This document shows positions 31,375 to 41,161 of a DNA stretch of 64,000 nucleotides, piece by piece. Source of the DNA: a phage; the NCBI GenBank assembly GCA_030980935.1, contig GCA_030980935.1_3059.1; one strand, written 5' to 3'. The notes under the pieces were generated by a model. The model searched no databases, was not told where the DNA came from, and saw only the letters and a list, made by a program, of their open reading frames with translations. The position numbers and the translations under genes are program-made. Every line of letters starts with the position of its first letter. The first letter of the stretch is position 1.

Positions 31375-31557
31375 TTATCCTCGGCAATCCACTTCGCACA
31401 CTTTCTTGTCATCAATGAAAGCTTCAACTAATGCTTTATTAACTTCAGCATATTGAGTAGTAGCCCATTGAACGTCATCTTTCATCATTGTGATTTCTTT
31501 AGTAAACATGCTTTCATTCTTAAACCACCCCATAAAAACTACCTTTACCAATTCCAT
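31375..31557 (-). CDS. dmd: Dmd antitoxin (inhibitor of RnlA/LsoA)
   Basis: 60 aa MELVKVVFMGWFKNESMF...; immediately downstream of gene 41. Confidence 0.7.
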   Translation of the reverse strand: MELVKVVFMGWFKNESMFTKEITMMKDDVQWATTQYAEVNKALVEAFIDDKKVCEVDCRG

Positions 31558-31584
31558 AACAATCTCCTCATTTAACCAACAAGA

Positions 31585-31620
31585 CTACTATACCATAGTC
31601 TTGTCAGCTTGTAAACTAAA
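31585..31620 (-). promoter_or_regulatory. T4 early promoter upstream of dmd
   Basis: GTTTAC (31611-31616) with TGGTATAG -10-like; overlaps gene 41 stop. Confidence 0.45.
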
Positions 31621-33043
31621 ATTTTAATTCATTTGCCAAAGCATCTAACTGTGCTCGAGTGGATTCATTTCTTTGATAGCGATTCTGTTCAGCCTGAATC
31701 TGTTGTGAACCTGCTACTTCACTCACTTCAGTTGGAGTAGAATCTTGTTCAATTTCTACCCATTTCTGATTTCCCTTTTGAACACCCATCAAAAACTTAT
31801 TCCACTTATTCTTATCGCCATATCGTGATTTGATTTGCTTAATGAGTTGTTGTTCAGCAGCTGCTAGCTCCTCGGTTTCAATGACCGCAAGCATAAAATC
31901 AGCTGTTGCTGGAAGACCAGCAGATTCTGCGATATCACTCATGTTAACATCGGAAGAGTCCCAAGCTTGTTTACCAACCTGTGCTGCAGTCCAAAGAACA
32001 GTTTCGGTTTCAACAGCAAGAGCACGCAATTCCTCTGCAATAGCTTTAACAGTTGTGTAACTATTTTCTGAGTAAACTCTGATGCGGCAAGATTTACAAA
32101 TACCTAGATAGTCGACAATAATGATTGTTGGAACAAAATTCTTTTTGAGCTTCAATTCATTCAAGAGAGACCTGAATGTGTTAGCATCTGCCCCACCAGT
32201 AGGGTACTGTTTAACAATTAAACGACCGAGAGTAGATTTCTCACGCCATTTTTCCATTTTTCCTTTATACTCAGCGTAAGAAATATGCCCATCATCAATG
32301 TCATCAAGAGAAACATCGAGCATATTAGCGTCAATACGTTTAGCACAGACTTCTTCTGCCATTTCCATGGAGATATAAAGAACGTTATGTCCAAGCTGTA
32401 AATAATCTGCTGCTAATGAACACAATCCTAATGATTTACCAACGTTAACGCCAGCCATTAAAACGTTCAGTGTTCCAGTTTCAGCTCCGCCTTTAGTAAT
32501 TTTGTTTAGAATTCTGAGTTTAAATGGAACCTTACGAGCTTTATTCATATAAGATAGCCAACGTGCTTCGTAGTCATCCATCCAATCATGACCAACGTAA
32601 CTATCAAATGAAATTGATAATGCTTGGCGCATGATGTCAGGAATAGCACCAACATCCGGCATTTTCTTATTTCGTTTTTCCGGAGGAAGCTCAGCATTAG
32701 TTTGAATTTCGATTATTTTAGACGTAGCATTAAACATCGCCCTTTGCTGAACATATTTTTCTGTTTCTTTTATTAACCAACTGTGGTCTTCCGGAGAATC
32801 AGCTAGTTTTGAAATAAGTGTTTTTACACCAGAATATTCTGTTTCCGTAAATGAACTATTTTCTAATGCAACATTTAACGCATTAATAGATGGAACGCTA
32901 TGATACTCATTGACATGAGATTTAATTAATTTGAATGTATTTTTAGCTGGACCACTTTCAAAATATTCTGAATCCATATATGGCCAAACTTTTGAAAAAT
33001 AAGCTTGATCAAATATGAGATGAGAAAGAATAATTTCTACCAC
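31616..33043 (-). CDS. 41: Replicative DNA helicase gp41 (DnaB-like)
   Basis: 475 aa; Walker A GVNVGKS and RecA-like core. Confidence 0.9.
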   Translation of the reverse strand: MVEIILSHLIFDQAYFSKVWPYMDSEYFESGPAKNTFKLIKSHVNEYHSVPSINALNVALENSSFTETEYSGVKTLISKLADSPEDHSWLIKETEKYVQQRAMFNATSKIIEIQTNAELPPEKRNKKMPDVGAIPDIMRQALSISFDSYVGHDWMDDYEARWLSYMNKARKVPFKLRILNKITKGGAETGTLNVLMAGVNVGKSLGLCSLAADYLQLGHNVLYISMEMAEEVCAKRIDANMLDVSLDDIDDGHISYAEYKGKMEKWREKSTLGRLIVKQYPTGGADANTFRSLLNELKLKKNFVPTIIIVDYLGICKSCRIRVYSENSYTTVKAIAEELRALAVETETVLWTAAQVGKQAWDSSDVNMSDIAESAGLPATADFMLAVIETEELAAAEQQLIKQIKSRYGDKNKWNKFLMGVQKGNQKWVEIEQDSTPTEVSEVAGSQQIQAEQNRYQRNESTRAQLDALANELKF

Positions 33044-33052
33044 ACTTACTCC

Positions 33053-33415
33053 TTAAAAGAATTTAAACTTTTTCTTTGACCTTTTATTAAATGCATCTTG
33101 TAGTTGCATTGTAATACATTTTTCTACATGAGGAGCTAACTCAGCTTTTCTTTCTTGGTCAAGAACAGCAAAGTCCATTACGACTTTTCCATTAACCCAA
33201 TCTAATTTTGTCACATACACAATGTGTGTAGAACCATCTTCTAGTTTAATGACAATCTCCTGGATAACATTTTCCATGGCAGATTTAATTATCTTAAGAG
33301 ACTCATTAAAAAGACGTTCTTTTCTTTCTTCTTCCCCCTCCGAAGAGGGGGATTCATCGATAATTTCTAGATCTAAATCTAAATCATCTTTATTCATTAA
33401 ATTCTTCCATATCAC
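33053..33415 (-). CDS. 40: gp40-like protein (120 aa)
   Basis: Position between 41 and uvsX; acidic N-terminus; synteny-based. Confidence 0.5.
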   Translation of the reverse strand: MIWKNLMNKDDLDLDLEIIDESPSSEGEEERKERLFNESLKIIKSAMENVIQEIVIKLEDGSTHIVYVTKLDWVNGKVVMDFAVLDQERKAELAPHVEKCITMQLQDAFNKRSKKKFKFF

Positions 33416-34571
33416 TTAACTGCTCGAGGTCAGTTTCTAAATCAGCAGCTGATTTACTTTTACTTTCTGGAGATTTAAATTTTTCAACCTTTGAGTTAAT
33501 CAATTCATCAACTTCAGCTTCAACAATTTCATTACTATCAATAGCACCTAACTGATAAGCACGTTTAATAGCATCTCGGAATGGTTGATGCTTAAATAAA
33601 GGACCCCAGAATGTAGTGCAGTTGGTATCTTTTGCACGCCAAGATTTTTCTTCGCGAATCATCTCGCCGGTTTCTTCATCAAGAAATTCACGAGCATACC
33701 AACCATTTTTAGGTTTTACCACGAATCCTAATTCTAGAGCCATATCTAACAATCCAGAATAAGGATCGATACCGCCGTCAAATTTAACATCAATAAAGAA
33801 TTTACTTTTTTCTTTAACGGTACGAGATTTTTCTACATTTAGAACAAATTGATACCCTTGAAGATCAGAACCATCTTTAATTTGACGTTTACCGATAATG
33901 AATACAGTATCAGCCGAATACATTACGCCTGTACCACCTGTCATCACGGTTTTACTAAACATTTCAATTGTTTCAATTGTATGGTTAACCGCAACACATG
34001 GAATATTTTTAATGCTAAAATAAGGAGTAACAATACGGAATAATGACTTCAGTGATTTAGCACGAGTCATATCTGCCACAGATTTTTCATTCAAGGCGTC
34101 TTCCGTTTCTTTCTTAGAAGCCATATTACCGATTGAGTCGATGAATACAATAACTTTTTCACCGCGCTCAATAGCTTCAAGCTGATTCACCATATCAATT
34201 TTCAGCTGTTCAACTGACTGGATTGGCGTATGAATTACTCGTTCCGGGTCAACTCCCATGGATCGCAAATAAGCTGGAGTAATACCAAATTCGCTATCAT
34301 AGAATAGACAAACCGCGTCAGGATATTTGTTCAAATATGCCGCAACCATAGTCAAAGACATATTTGATTTAAAGTGTTTAGAAGGCCCTGCGAAAATAGT
34401 TAAACCAGACTGCATGCCGCCATCAATCGCACCAGAAATAGCAATATTAAGCATTGGGATTTTTGTACGGATTACATCCTTTTCATTAAAGAATTTAGAT
34501 GTAGTCAGTTCAGCAGTCATTTTAGAAGTGGAAGCTTTAATCAAACGGGATTTTAAATCTGCAATAGACAT
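33390..34571 (-). CDS. uvsX: UvsX recombinase (RecA/Rad51 family)
   Basis: 393 aa; RecA-fold Walker A (GPSKHFKS). Confidence 0.9.
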   Translation of the reverse strand: MSIADLKSRLIKASTSKMTAELTTSKFFNEKDVIRTKIPMLNIAISGAIDGGMQSGLTIFAGPSKHFKSNMSLTMVAAYLNKYPDAVCLFYDSEFGITPAYLRSMGVDPERVIHTPIQSVEQLKIDMVNQLEAIERGEKVIVFIDSIGNMASKKETEDALNEKSVADMTRAKSLKSLFRIVTPYFSIKNIPCVAVNHTIETIEMFSKTVMTGGTGVMYSADTVFIIGKRQIKDGSDLQGYQFVLNVEKSRTVKEKSKFFIDVKFDGGIDPYSGLLDMALELGFVVKPKNGWYAREFLDEETGEMIREEKSWRAKDTNCTTFWGPLFKHQPFRDAIKRAYQLGAIDSNEIVEAEVDELINSKVEKFKSPESKSKSAADLETDLEQLSDMEEFNE

Positions 34572-34648
34572 TCATTTTTTCCATAGGCATCATTATATTT
34601 TCCTCACTGGTTAAAGATAGAGTAATTATAACACAATAAATTTAGGCA

Positions 34649-35497
34649 TTAATCAACTGCTATTGGATGAATAGCATTAAACTTATGAAATGCTTCTGAT
34701 TTTTCTTTACGCGAAACACACATGCGAAGAACCTTTAATGGCTCGTCTTCTTCACCCAACGATTTTCGTTTTTCAATATTCGATGTTTTCCAACGAGCTT
34801 GCTCTGGAAACTCTCTATTGATCTGCTCAAGCGCTCTATTATGTTTAGAATTACTACGAATTGAACTGCACCCGCCAGGAGCTTGTGCTTTTCCAGATAC
34901 AACCAGATATTTGAACAAGGCCAAATGCGGATAACCTTGATTAATTAAATTGAGAAATGCATACATATCTTCGCACAAATCAATTTTTCCATACCCAATT
35001 TGTTCTGTCGTAAGTTTTCCAAGGTCATACCATGTATTCGTGAATCCATATGAATTTTCACGATAATTACCCCAAGATGAAGTAATTTTAAAAATTGGTA
35101 GGCGAGCATGACCATGATAATACCCGCAATCCATGGCATCTTCGACGTATTGAATCAATTCATAGAACTGTTCATGAGTCAATTGATTGACTTTATCTAC
35201 ACATCGGCGATCATCTCTTTTTCGCATTGAACTCATACGAATAGTAGTATCATCGTCAATCATCCAGATTCGTTGACCTGCATACATATCAGTAATTGCT
35301 TTACGAGTACCGGCAATTCCGTTTACATCATCAGGAATAGTTATAATTTTAGCTCTAGACCCATAAGCATCATAATAAGCTTTTTCTTCGTGTTCACGCA
35401 CTACAATATGGGGTTCATAATCAGTCGGAAACATATCAAGGGCAGAAACTGCCCCAACACGCTGATAGCTTGGAATTACGAATTGAATCATTTCCAC
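34649..35497 (-). CDS. DxD-type glycosyltransferase at the locus where T4 carries beta-gt (282 aa)
   Basis: GT-A-like features: N-terminal IPSYQR, DxD (IWMIDDDTT); does not resemble remembered T4 beta-gt. Confidence 0.55.
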   Translation of the reverse strand: MEMIQFVIPSYQRVGAVSALDMFPTDYEPHIVVREHEEKAYYDAYGSRAKIITIPDDVNGIAGTRKAITDMYAGQRIWMIDDDTTIRMSSMRKRDDRRCVDKVNQLTHEQFYELIQYVEDAMDCGYYHGHARLPIFKITSSWGNYRENSYGFTNTWYDLGKLTTEQIGYGKIDLCEDMYAFLNLINQGYPHLALFKYLVVSGKAQAPGGCSSIRSNSKHNRALEQINREFPEQARWKTSNIEKRKSLGEEDEPLKVLRMCVSRKEKSEAFHKFNAIHPIAVD

Positions 35498-36228
35498 TCA
35501 CCGTTATAGTCTTTTTTCACAATATGAGTTTCGCCAGTATTCCACCAATGATCAACCAAGTAAAAATGACGAGAATATACATGAAGACTTCCAACATTCC
35601 ATATAATAGAACCTGCTTTATACTGACGAGTTGAATCGCCTGCATTCAAATCAGATACTAATTTATCTAGTACGTATTTTTGCCATGCGTAATCATTACG
35701 GAATCCGAAGACCACGTCATTTGAGCGCATGCTTACTACTGCATTGACTTTCTTATCACGAATCAGGTACTGTACTGTATTAGTACACATGAAATCTGAC
35801 ATACCGTCTTTATTGTAATCAAATTGCATGGATGGACGAGTATAAATCATGATACCACGTCGAGAATCAGGATTTTGACCAAGTTCAGCTAAACACATAT
35901 CATACTGGGCATAGTTATCTTCTGACCAAATAGCCCAACCATAATTCGAGTTAATTTCGCCTTTAGAAGATGCTACCTGCTGCCAAATCTTTGGTGTTTC
36001 ACCTGGAATATCTTTAACAAACAGACTTTGAGACTTGTACCATTCAAGTTCACGCTGAATGTATTCATCATTAAGAGCACCAAAAATAAAAGGTTCATCT
36101 GCTACAAATGATGCGCCAATAATTTCAATAGTTTTAACACCGGTTTTATCAACTACGAAATCTTTTTCTTTTAATGCAAGCCCCAAATGAAGACGGATTT
36201 CTTCAACTGTCATAGAGTCACTAATCAT
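35488..36228 (-). CDS. 42: dCMP hydroxymethylase gp42
   Basis: 246 aa; thymidylate-synthase-like fold. Confidence 0.9.
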   Translation of the reverse strand: MISDSMTVEEIRLHLGLALKEKDFVVDKTGVKTIEIIGASFVADEPFIFGALNDEYIQRELEWYKSQSLFVKDIPGETPKIWQQVASSKGEINSNYGWAIWSEDNYAQYDMCLAELGQNPDSRRGIMIYTRPSMQFDYNKDGMSDFMCTNTVQYLIRDKKVNAVVSMRSNDVVFGFRNDYAWQKYVLDKLVSDLNAGDSTRQYKAGSIIWNVGSLHVYSRHFYLVDHWWNTGETHIVKKDYNGEWK

Positions 36229-36235
36229 TTAAACC

Positions 36236-36385
36236 TCAATTGATACATTCATATTTAAATTGTAACAGTAATAAACCCCAACCTAAAATAATAGTTGGAA
36301 TCATAAGAGGAACCGTTACACTATAGTATATACTTATTATAATCATCAAGATTAAAAGCAACACTGTTATAATTTTGCTTTTCAT
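36236..36385 (-). CDS. Small membrane peptide imm.1-like (49 aa)
   Basis: Hand-translated hydrophobic ORF; ATG overlaps imm stop (ATGA). Confidence 0.4.
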   Translation of the reverse strand: MKSKIITVLLLILMIIISIYYSVTVPLMIPTIILGWGLLLLQFKYECIN

Positions 36386-36633
36386 TCCTTCTCTCTGATG
36401 ATAATTACCTGATTTGGCTGTGCAGACTTTTTAGTTTCACCCGCAATTGACCAAATAAATGTAATAAACCAACCAATAATTGACCAGTTAAACAGTAAAG
36501 ATGTGAAAAAGATTCCTACTGTCGATTTTGACCCACGCATCAAGGCGATAAACCATGGAAGCATGTATATAATAATAGCCAACACACCTGAAACTAAAAC
36601 CATAAAAATTGAACCTGCTACTAAAGTTTCCAT
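36382..36633 (-). CDS. imm: Immunity protein Imm
   Basis: 83 aa, two TM segments, METLVAGSIFMVLVSGVLAIIIYMLPWF... Confidence 0.8.
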   Translation of the reverse strand: METLVAGSIFMVLVSGVLAIIIYMLPWFIALMRGSKSTVGIFFTSLLFNWSIIGWFITFIWSIAGETKKSAQPNQVIIIREKE

Positions 36634-36640
36634 GTTTTCC

Positions 36641-37021
36641 TCACTTAGTCAAATTTTTTACGCATGAATTATAAGAATTCACTACATACTCCATCGGAGC
36701 ATTTTTACCAGTACGCCATTGGTAATTATTGGCCCAATTAGCCCAAAGCTCGGCGCAGTAGTTTTCAATTTTTTCTTCGCGTGTAATTACATCCGAATTA
36801 CGATATGCTTGAGCAGATTCATCTGGACGAATAGCTTCGTCAAAATTCGCCTGCATTTGTTCGACTGTTTGCTTTGGAGCTTCTTTATAACACTTGACAT
36901 TAGGATTATAAAATTTGCTTGAACAGTTTACAATTTTTCCTGCATCAGACTGATTTACTACCGGTCCTTGAGCTACACAACCAGTAAGACCTAATGCAAT
37001 AACCAAAATAGCGATTTTCAT
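36641..37021 (-). CDS. Putative lipoprotein (126 aa)
   Basis: Signal peptide with lipobox LTGC. Confidence 0.5.
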   Translation of the reverse strand: MKIAILVIALGLTGCVAQGPVVNQSDAGKIVNCSSKFYNPNVKCYKEAPKQTVEQMQANFDEAIRPDESAQAYRNSDVITREEKIENYCAELWANWANNYQWRTGKNAPMEYVVNSYNSCVKNLTK

Positions 37022-37031
37022 AATAATTTCC

Positions 37032-37280
37032 TCAAATGCAAGTAGTAATTACTCCAGTAGTGCTTATGCAGGTATTACCCATTTGCACACCTAAAGATCC
37101 ATTTGTATTCACATGAAGATTATCATCAATTTTAACTGATATTTTACCATTAGTGTGAATAACGGTGCTAGATTTAATCACAGGTTGAGTATCATTTTCA
37201 ACACTAACAAATGGAACTGCTACTAATGCAACTAAACAAACTGCTAAGCATCCCATAACAATTTTCATTTTATTCTCCAA
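37032..37280 (-). CDS. Secreted or membrane small protein (82 aa)
   Basis: N-terminal signal-like segment; directly downstream of early promoter cassette. Confidence 0.5.
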   Translation of the reverse strand: MENKMKIVMGCLAVCLVALVAVPFVSVENDTQPVIKSSTVIHTNGKISVKIDDNLHVNTNGSLGVQMGNTCISTTGVITTCI

Positions 37281-37299
37281 ATCTGTATCAGTAGTTGAT

Positions 37300-37365
37300 A
37301 GTTGTATAGTACCATGGAAGAACAGTCTTGTAAACAGTTTTGTGAAAATTTTTTAGGGAATTCTA
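37300..37365 (-). promoter_or_regulatory. T4 early promoter cassette
   Basis: GTTTAC (37330-37335), conserved leader identical to the 9110 copy. Confidence 0.55.
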
Positions 37366-37420
37366 AAGATCCAGAATCATCTGTTTTTCATAAGTATAGA
37401 TTTATATTACTTGTATGAAA

Positions 37421-37440
37421 AAGGGACCCGGAGGTCCCTA
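37421..37440 (-). terminator. Hairpin after gene 43
   Basis: GGGACC cgga GGTCCC. Confidence 0.55.
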
Positions 37441-37451
37441 GATTTATTCTA

Positions 37452-40148
37452 TCAGCCAAACAGGAAGTCTAACGAAGCTTTTTCTTCATAGTCCATACCA
37501 GCCGATTCACACATGCCCGCAAGCGGTTTAACAAACGATTTTTGGAACAAAGTTGAGTAGTCAATCCAAGACAGTACGTCAGAACGAATTTCTTTTGGAA
37601 GTTCTGTACCCGACGGCCAAGCAATGCACTTGTCACCAAATGGATTTCCTTCACGCAATGGAAGAACCATTACTTTATTTCCATCCAAAATTGGAGCTAC
37701 ACCCAGACCACTAACAGCTCGACGATAAGTTAGCACCCCACGAATATGGAACGGGCATTTAAATCCTGGCCAACCTTTATCATCATATTTCGCTATATCG
37801 TTCGCAGTTTTTACTTCAGCAATAACTTTATAGTCAAGTTGACGATATTCTTTCTCGAAGTTTTTGTAATATTCTTGGACAGACTCTTCACCTTCCTGAA
37901 GAATACGACGAATACTTTCTTCGAGAGCTTCTTGAACCGCTTTAGGCGTTGAACTTTGCTGAGTTTCCATACCCATGATTTTTAGATGCGGTTCAGCAAA
38001 TCGCTTATCTTCCATATCATAAACGTTCAGAGCATAACGCTTTTTCGCTTTCCAAAATCCACCGACACCCTTTGAACCAAGCGGAGGGCAAGAAATAGCT
38101 TCACGGTCCATATGCATCAGATGCTCGCGGTTATTCATATAATCACATAACTCACGATATGCAACATCAATCATAGGTTCCATCTTTTTCTTACCGAACT
38201 GATTCATGAATTCAACTAAATCGTTCTGCTCTTTGAATCGGTCAAGACCAACTTTTTCAATAACTTTATCTACACAAACATATACCGAATCAGTATCACC
38301 TGCTGCAATGAAATCTTCGCCATTAGTTCCGCATACTTTATTCAGATATTCATTAATTTTACGAGCAATCCACTGAATACCAACTTGGCCGAAAATTGTG
38401 ATAGCAGTAGCATTTCGCAAATCATAGTAACGGAAATGAATATTACCAAGAGCACCATAAAGACTGTTAATAAGAATTTTACGGTTCAGCTGATTTGTGT
38501 TAGCAAGTGTAGCCGCTTTTTCACATTCTTCAATCAAACTATTGAGAACAGATTCAGTATAATTCGATAGTTCATTTAAGAAATCATCACTGAACTTAAC
38601 ATATCGTTCAACTTCAGGTTTAGTTGAACAAGACCCTGCGCCTTTCATAATAATCTTTTTAATAGCTTCGGCATTCATTTCTTCAGCGAACATTTTCTTT
38701 TTCCAATCTTTACGCTGGAAAAATACTTTAGCGATTTCCTTTGGAATGATACCTTCTTGATGCTTATCGTACATCCATCCATTCGGAGAACAAGAATATT
38801 CATCACTCGGTTTAGGAGCTGTTCCTGCGATATATTCATGAATTGGATGAACTTTAAACTGACCACGAATAGTCTCAGGACTAATGTTAACCTGACGAAT
38901 AATGCTCGGATACAGAGACGTCAAGTCAAAACTCATAATATATCGACGAGCAATTGGTTTAGGTTCAAACACAAATGCACCCGGAAAACTCTGTTTAACA
39001 TGCGAACCTTGTTGAGGAATAACCTTGTGTTCACCTTTCAATGAGTTAAAAATAATAGCATCCCAGGTTTTAATAGGACTCATTACACCAGAAAAAGGCA
39101 TTTTAGCGTAATAAGACATACTTAAAACTAGATCGATAAACCCGCGAATTTTATCAATTGCTTGAACTGATTCTACGTCAATGATGTTATAACTAATGTA
39201 TCGTTGATGATTAGTCTCACGAAGTTTATTAATAGGACCGTCGTATGGTAATTTACCTTTTTTGGTTTCATGCTGAGCAACTGATTCCAAAGAGAATGAC
39301 GGCAAATTAGTAAATGCGAATTTCTTATACAAATCTAAATAATCAAGAATAGATACGCCATCAATAGAATAAATTTCTTTGCTACCGTACATATTTTGGA
39401 TAAGTTTAGATTTTACTCGACCGATTGGAGAGAAGCGTTTCATACTACGTTCACCGAGAACCATTTTAACGCGATTCATGATATACGGAACGTCAAATCC
39501 CTCAATATTCCAACCAGTAAAAATAGCAGGTCGTTTCTGTTCCCAGAGATTGATATATTCCATGAGCATATCACGCTCATTATCGAATGGCATATAAATT
39601 ACTCGGTCAAGAATTTCTTGAGGAACTTCATCACCACCTTCACAGTCAAGCTTAGCAGCTAACTTTGCATCCCATTTTGATACTGAACCATACATTGAAT
39701 TCAAAAGGTCGAAAACATAAAAACGATCATCAATTGAATCATAATGAGTGATAGCATCAATTTCATATTCAGCTTTCATTGGGTCAGGAAATTTATCACC
39801 AGTAACCTCAATGTCACAGTTAGCTACACGAACAAATTTTCGGTCATAAACAATTTCTGAACCGTATGTATCACTGATATAAGCGAGTTTAAAATCGTTC
39901 ATACCGAGAGCTTCGAGACCGATGTCTTCCATTCGTTTCATCCAATCTCGAGCATCTTTCATTGATGGAAATTTTTGAGGAGCGCAGTTTTTACCATAGA
40001 TGTCTTTGTATTTTGACTCTTCCTTACAATGCCTAAACATAGTCGGAAGATATTCTACTTCACGAGTACGTTCCTTTCCGTTTTCATCAATGTAACGTTC
40101 AACAATGTTATTTCCAACTGTTTCGATAGAGATATAAAATTCTTTCAT
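37452..40148 (-). CDS. 43: DNA polymerase gp43 (family B)
   Basis: 898 aa; exo motifs and pol motifs (SLYPS, DTDS). Confidence 0.95.
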   Translation of the reverse strand: MKEFYISIETVGNNIVERYIDENGKERTREVEYLPTMFRHCKEESKYKDIYGKNCAPQKFPSMKDARDWMKRMEDIGLEALGMNDFKLAYISDTYGSEIVYDRKFVRVANCDIEVTGDKFPDPMKAEYEIDAITHYDSIDDRFYVFDLLNSMYGSVSKWDAKLAAKLDCEGGDEVPQEILDRVIYMPFDNERDMLMEYINLWEQKRPAIFTGWNIEGFDVPYIMNRVKMVLGERSMKRFSPIGRVKSKLIQNMYGSKEIYSIDGVSILDYLDLYKKFAFTNLPSFSLESVAQHETKKGKLPYDGPINKLRETNHQRYISYNIIDVESVQAIDKIRGFIDLVLSMSYYAKMPFSGVMSPIKTWDAIIFNSLKGEHKVIPQQGSHVKQSFPGAFVFEPKPIARRYIMSFDLTSLYPSIIRQVNISPETIRGQFKVHPIHEYIAGTAPKPSDEYSCSPNGWMYDKHQEGIIPKEIAKVFFQRKDWKKKMFAEEMNAEAIKKIIMKGAGSCSTKPEVERYVKFSDDFLNELSNYTESVLNSLIEECEKAATLANTNQLNRKILINSLYGALGNIHFRYYDLRNATAITIFGQVGIQWIARKINEYLNKVCGTNGEDFIAAGDTDSVYVCVDKVIEKVGLDRFKEQNDLVEFMNQFGKKKMEPMIDVAYRELCDYMNNREHLMHMDREAISCPPLGSKGVGGFWKAKKRYALNVYDMEDKRFAEPHLKIMGMETQQSSTPKAVQEALEESIRRILQEGEESVQEYYKNFEKEYRQLDYKVIAEVKTANDIAKYDDKGWPGFKCPFHIRGVLTYRRAVSGLGVAPILDGNKVMVLPLREGNPFGDKCIAWPSGTELPKEIRSDVLSWIDYSTLFQKSFVKPLAGMCESAGMDYEEKASLDFLFG

Positions 40149-40206
40149 AGATATTCCTTAGTTTATAGCCCGAGTTATTAGGCTCTTGATATATTATACT
40201 CCAAAT

Positions 40207-40224
40207 AAGGGGCCGAAGCCCCTT
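40207..40224 (-). terminator. UUCG-tetraloop hairpin between regA and gene 43
   Basis: GGGGC cgaa GCCCC. Confidence 0.55.
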
Positions 40225-40226
40225 GC

Positions 40227-40595
40227 TTAATTACCAATCGTATATTTAGGAACGAGTTTCCATTCATGTTTTTGTTTAAAAGAAATAACTCGGAAGTTAT
40301 TAGTTAAATCTTTCATAAAAGTTCTTTGACCAGGAACGATTTCAATCAGTCCCCAATCTTCTAACAGCCATGCAATCGAATCACGACGAACTTCATCTTC
40401 TTCTGTCATTTCAACTTGACGGCCATCCATACGAAGCATTTCTTTAAAATGAACAATATAGTATAGTCCTTTTTTCTGAAGAATATGACAGGACTGATAC
40501 AGAACTTTATCTTTATTATTAGCAATTCCCATACGAGTCAAAGTTTCTTTTACTTTCAGAAAATCTTCAGGTTTTTTAAGAGTAATTTCAATCAT
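40227..40595 (-). CDS. regA: Translational repressor RegA
   Basis: 122 aa, MIEITLKKPEDFLKVKETLTRMGIANN... Confidence 0.9.
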   Translation of the reverse strand: MIEITLKKPEDFLKVKETLTRMGIANNKDKVLYQSCHILQKKGLYYIVHFKEMLRMDGRQVEMTEEDEVRRDSIAWLLEDWGLIEIVPGQRTFMKDLTNNFRVISFKQKHEWKLVPKYTIGN

Positions 40596-40596
40596 T

Positions 40597-41160
40597 TTAC
40601 CATTCCAATGCTAGTTTTTTGAGTTGTTTCTGTTCTTTTACGTTCTTAGTCACTTCTTTCAAAAAATCATCCGTGACTAATCCTTTAAGTTCTTTTAATA
40701 CTAAAGGCAGTTTTCCATTTTTAGTAAGAATTGATTTATAGTTAATTGCATCATTTGTATTAACTTGATACCGCTTAGCAAGTAACTTAATAATCAATAC
40801 TTCGGTGGAATCTTCAACTAGTTTTGCCCATTTACCATATCTTTTACCACGAGGAACTGCAGCCATTAGATAATTAAAATGAGCTTCATCGCTTAAACCT
40901 GATCCAATTAAATTCATAGCATATACAGCTGGCATGCACTCCGGAAATTGTGATAATGCATTTTCAACCATGAATTTTGAATAATCTTTTTGAGCAATAG
41001 AGCATTTAGTTTTATTATTAATAGCTCCAATTATTTCAAAAAACTCATTTTCAGCTTTTTCTTTAAAAGAATCAGCAGCAGATTGGACAGCTGTCCAATC
41101 TTTTGAATACCAAGCAACTTGATGCTCGTTTAATTGAATATCATCTTCAAATAAGCTCAT
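40597..41160 (-). CDS. 62: Clamp loader small subunit gp62
   Basis: Track ORF 40597..41181 trimmed to MSLFEDDIQ... start (187 aa). Confidence 0.8.
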   Translation of the reverse strand: MSLFEDDIQLNEHQVAWYSKDWTAVQSAADSFKEKAENEFFEIIGAINNKTKCSIAQKDYSKFMVENALSQFPECMPAVYAMNLIGSGLSDEAHFNYLMAAVPRGKRYGKWAKLVEDSTEVLIIKLLAKRYQVNTNDAINYKSILTKNGKLPLVLKELKGLVTDDFLKEVTKNVKEQKQLKKLALEW

Positions 41161-41161
41161 A

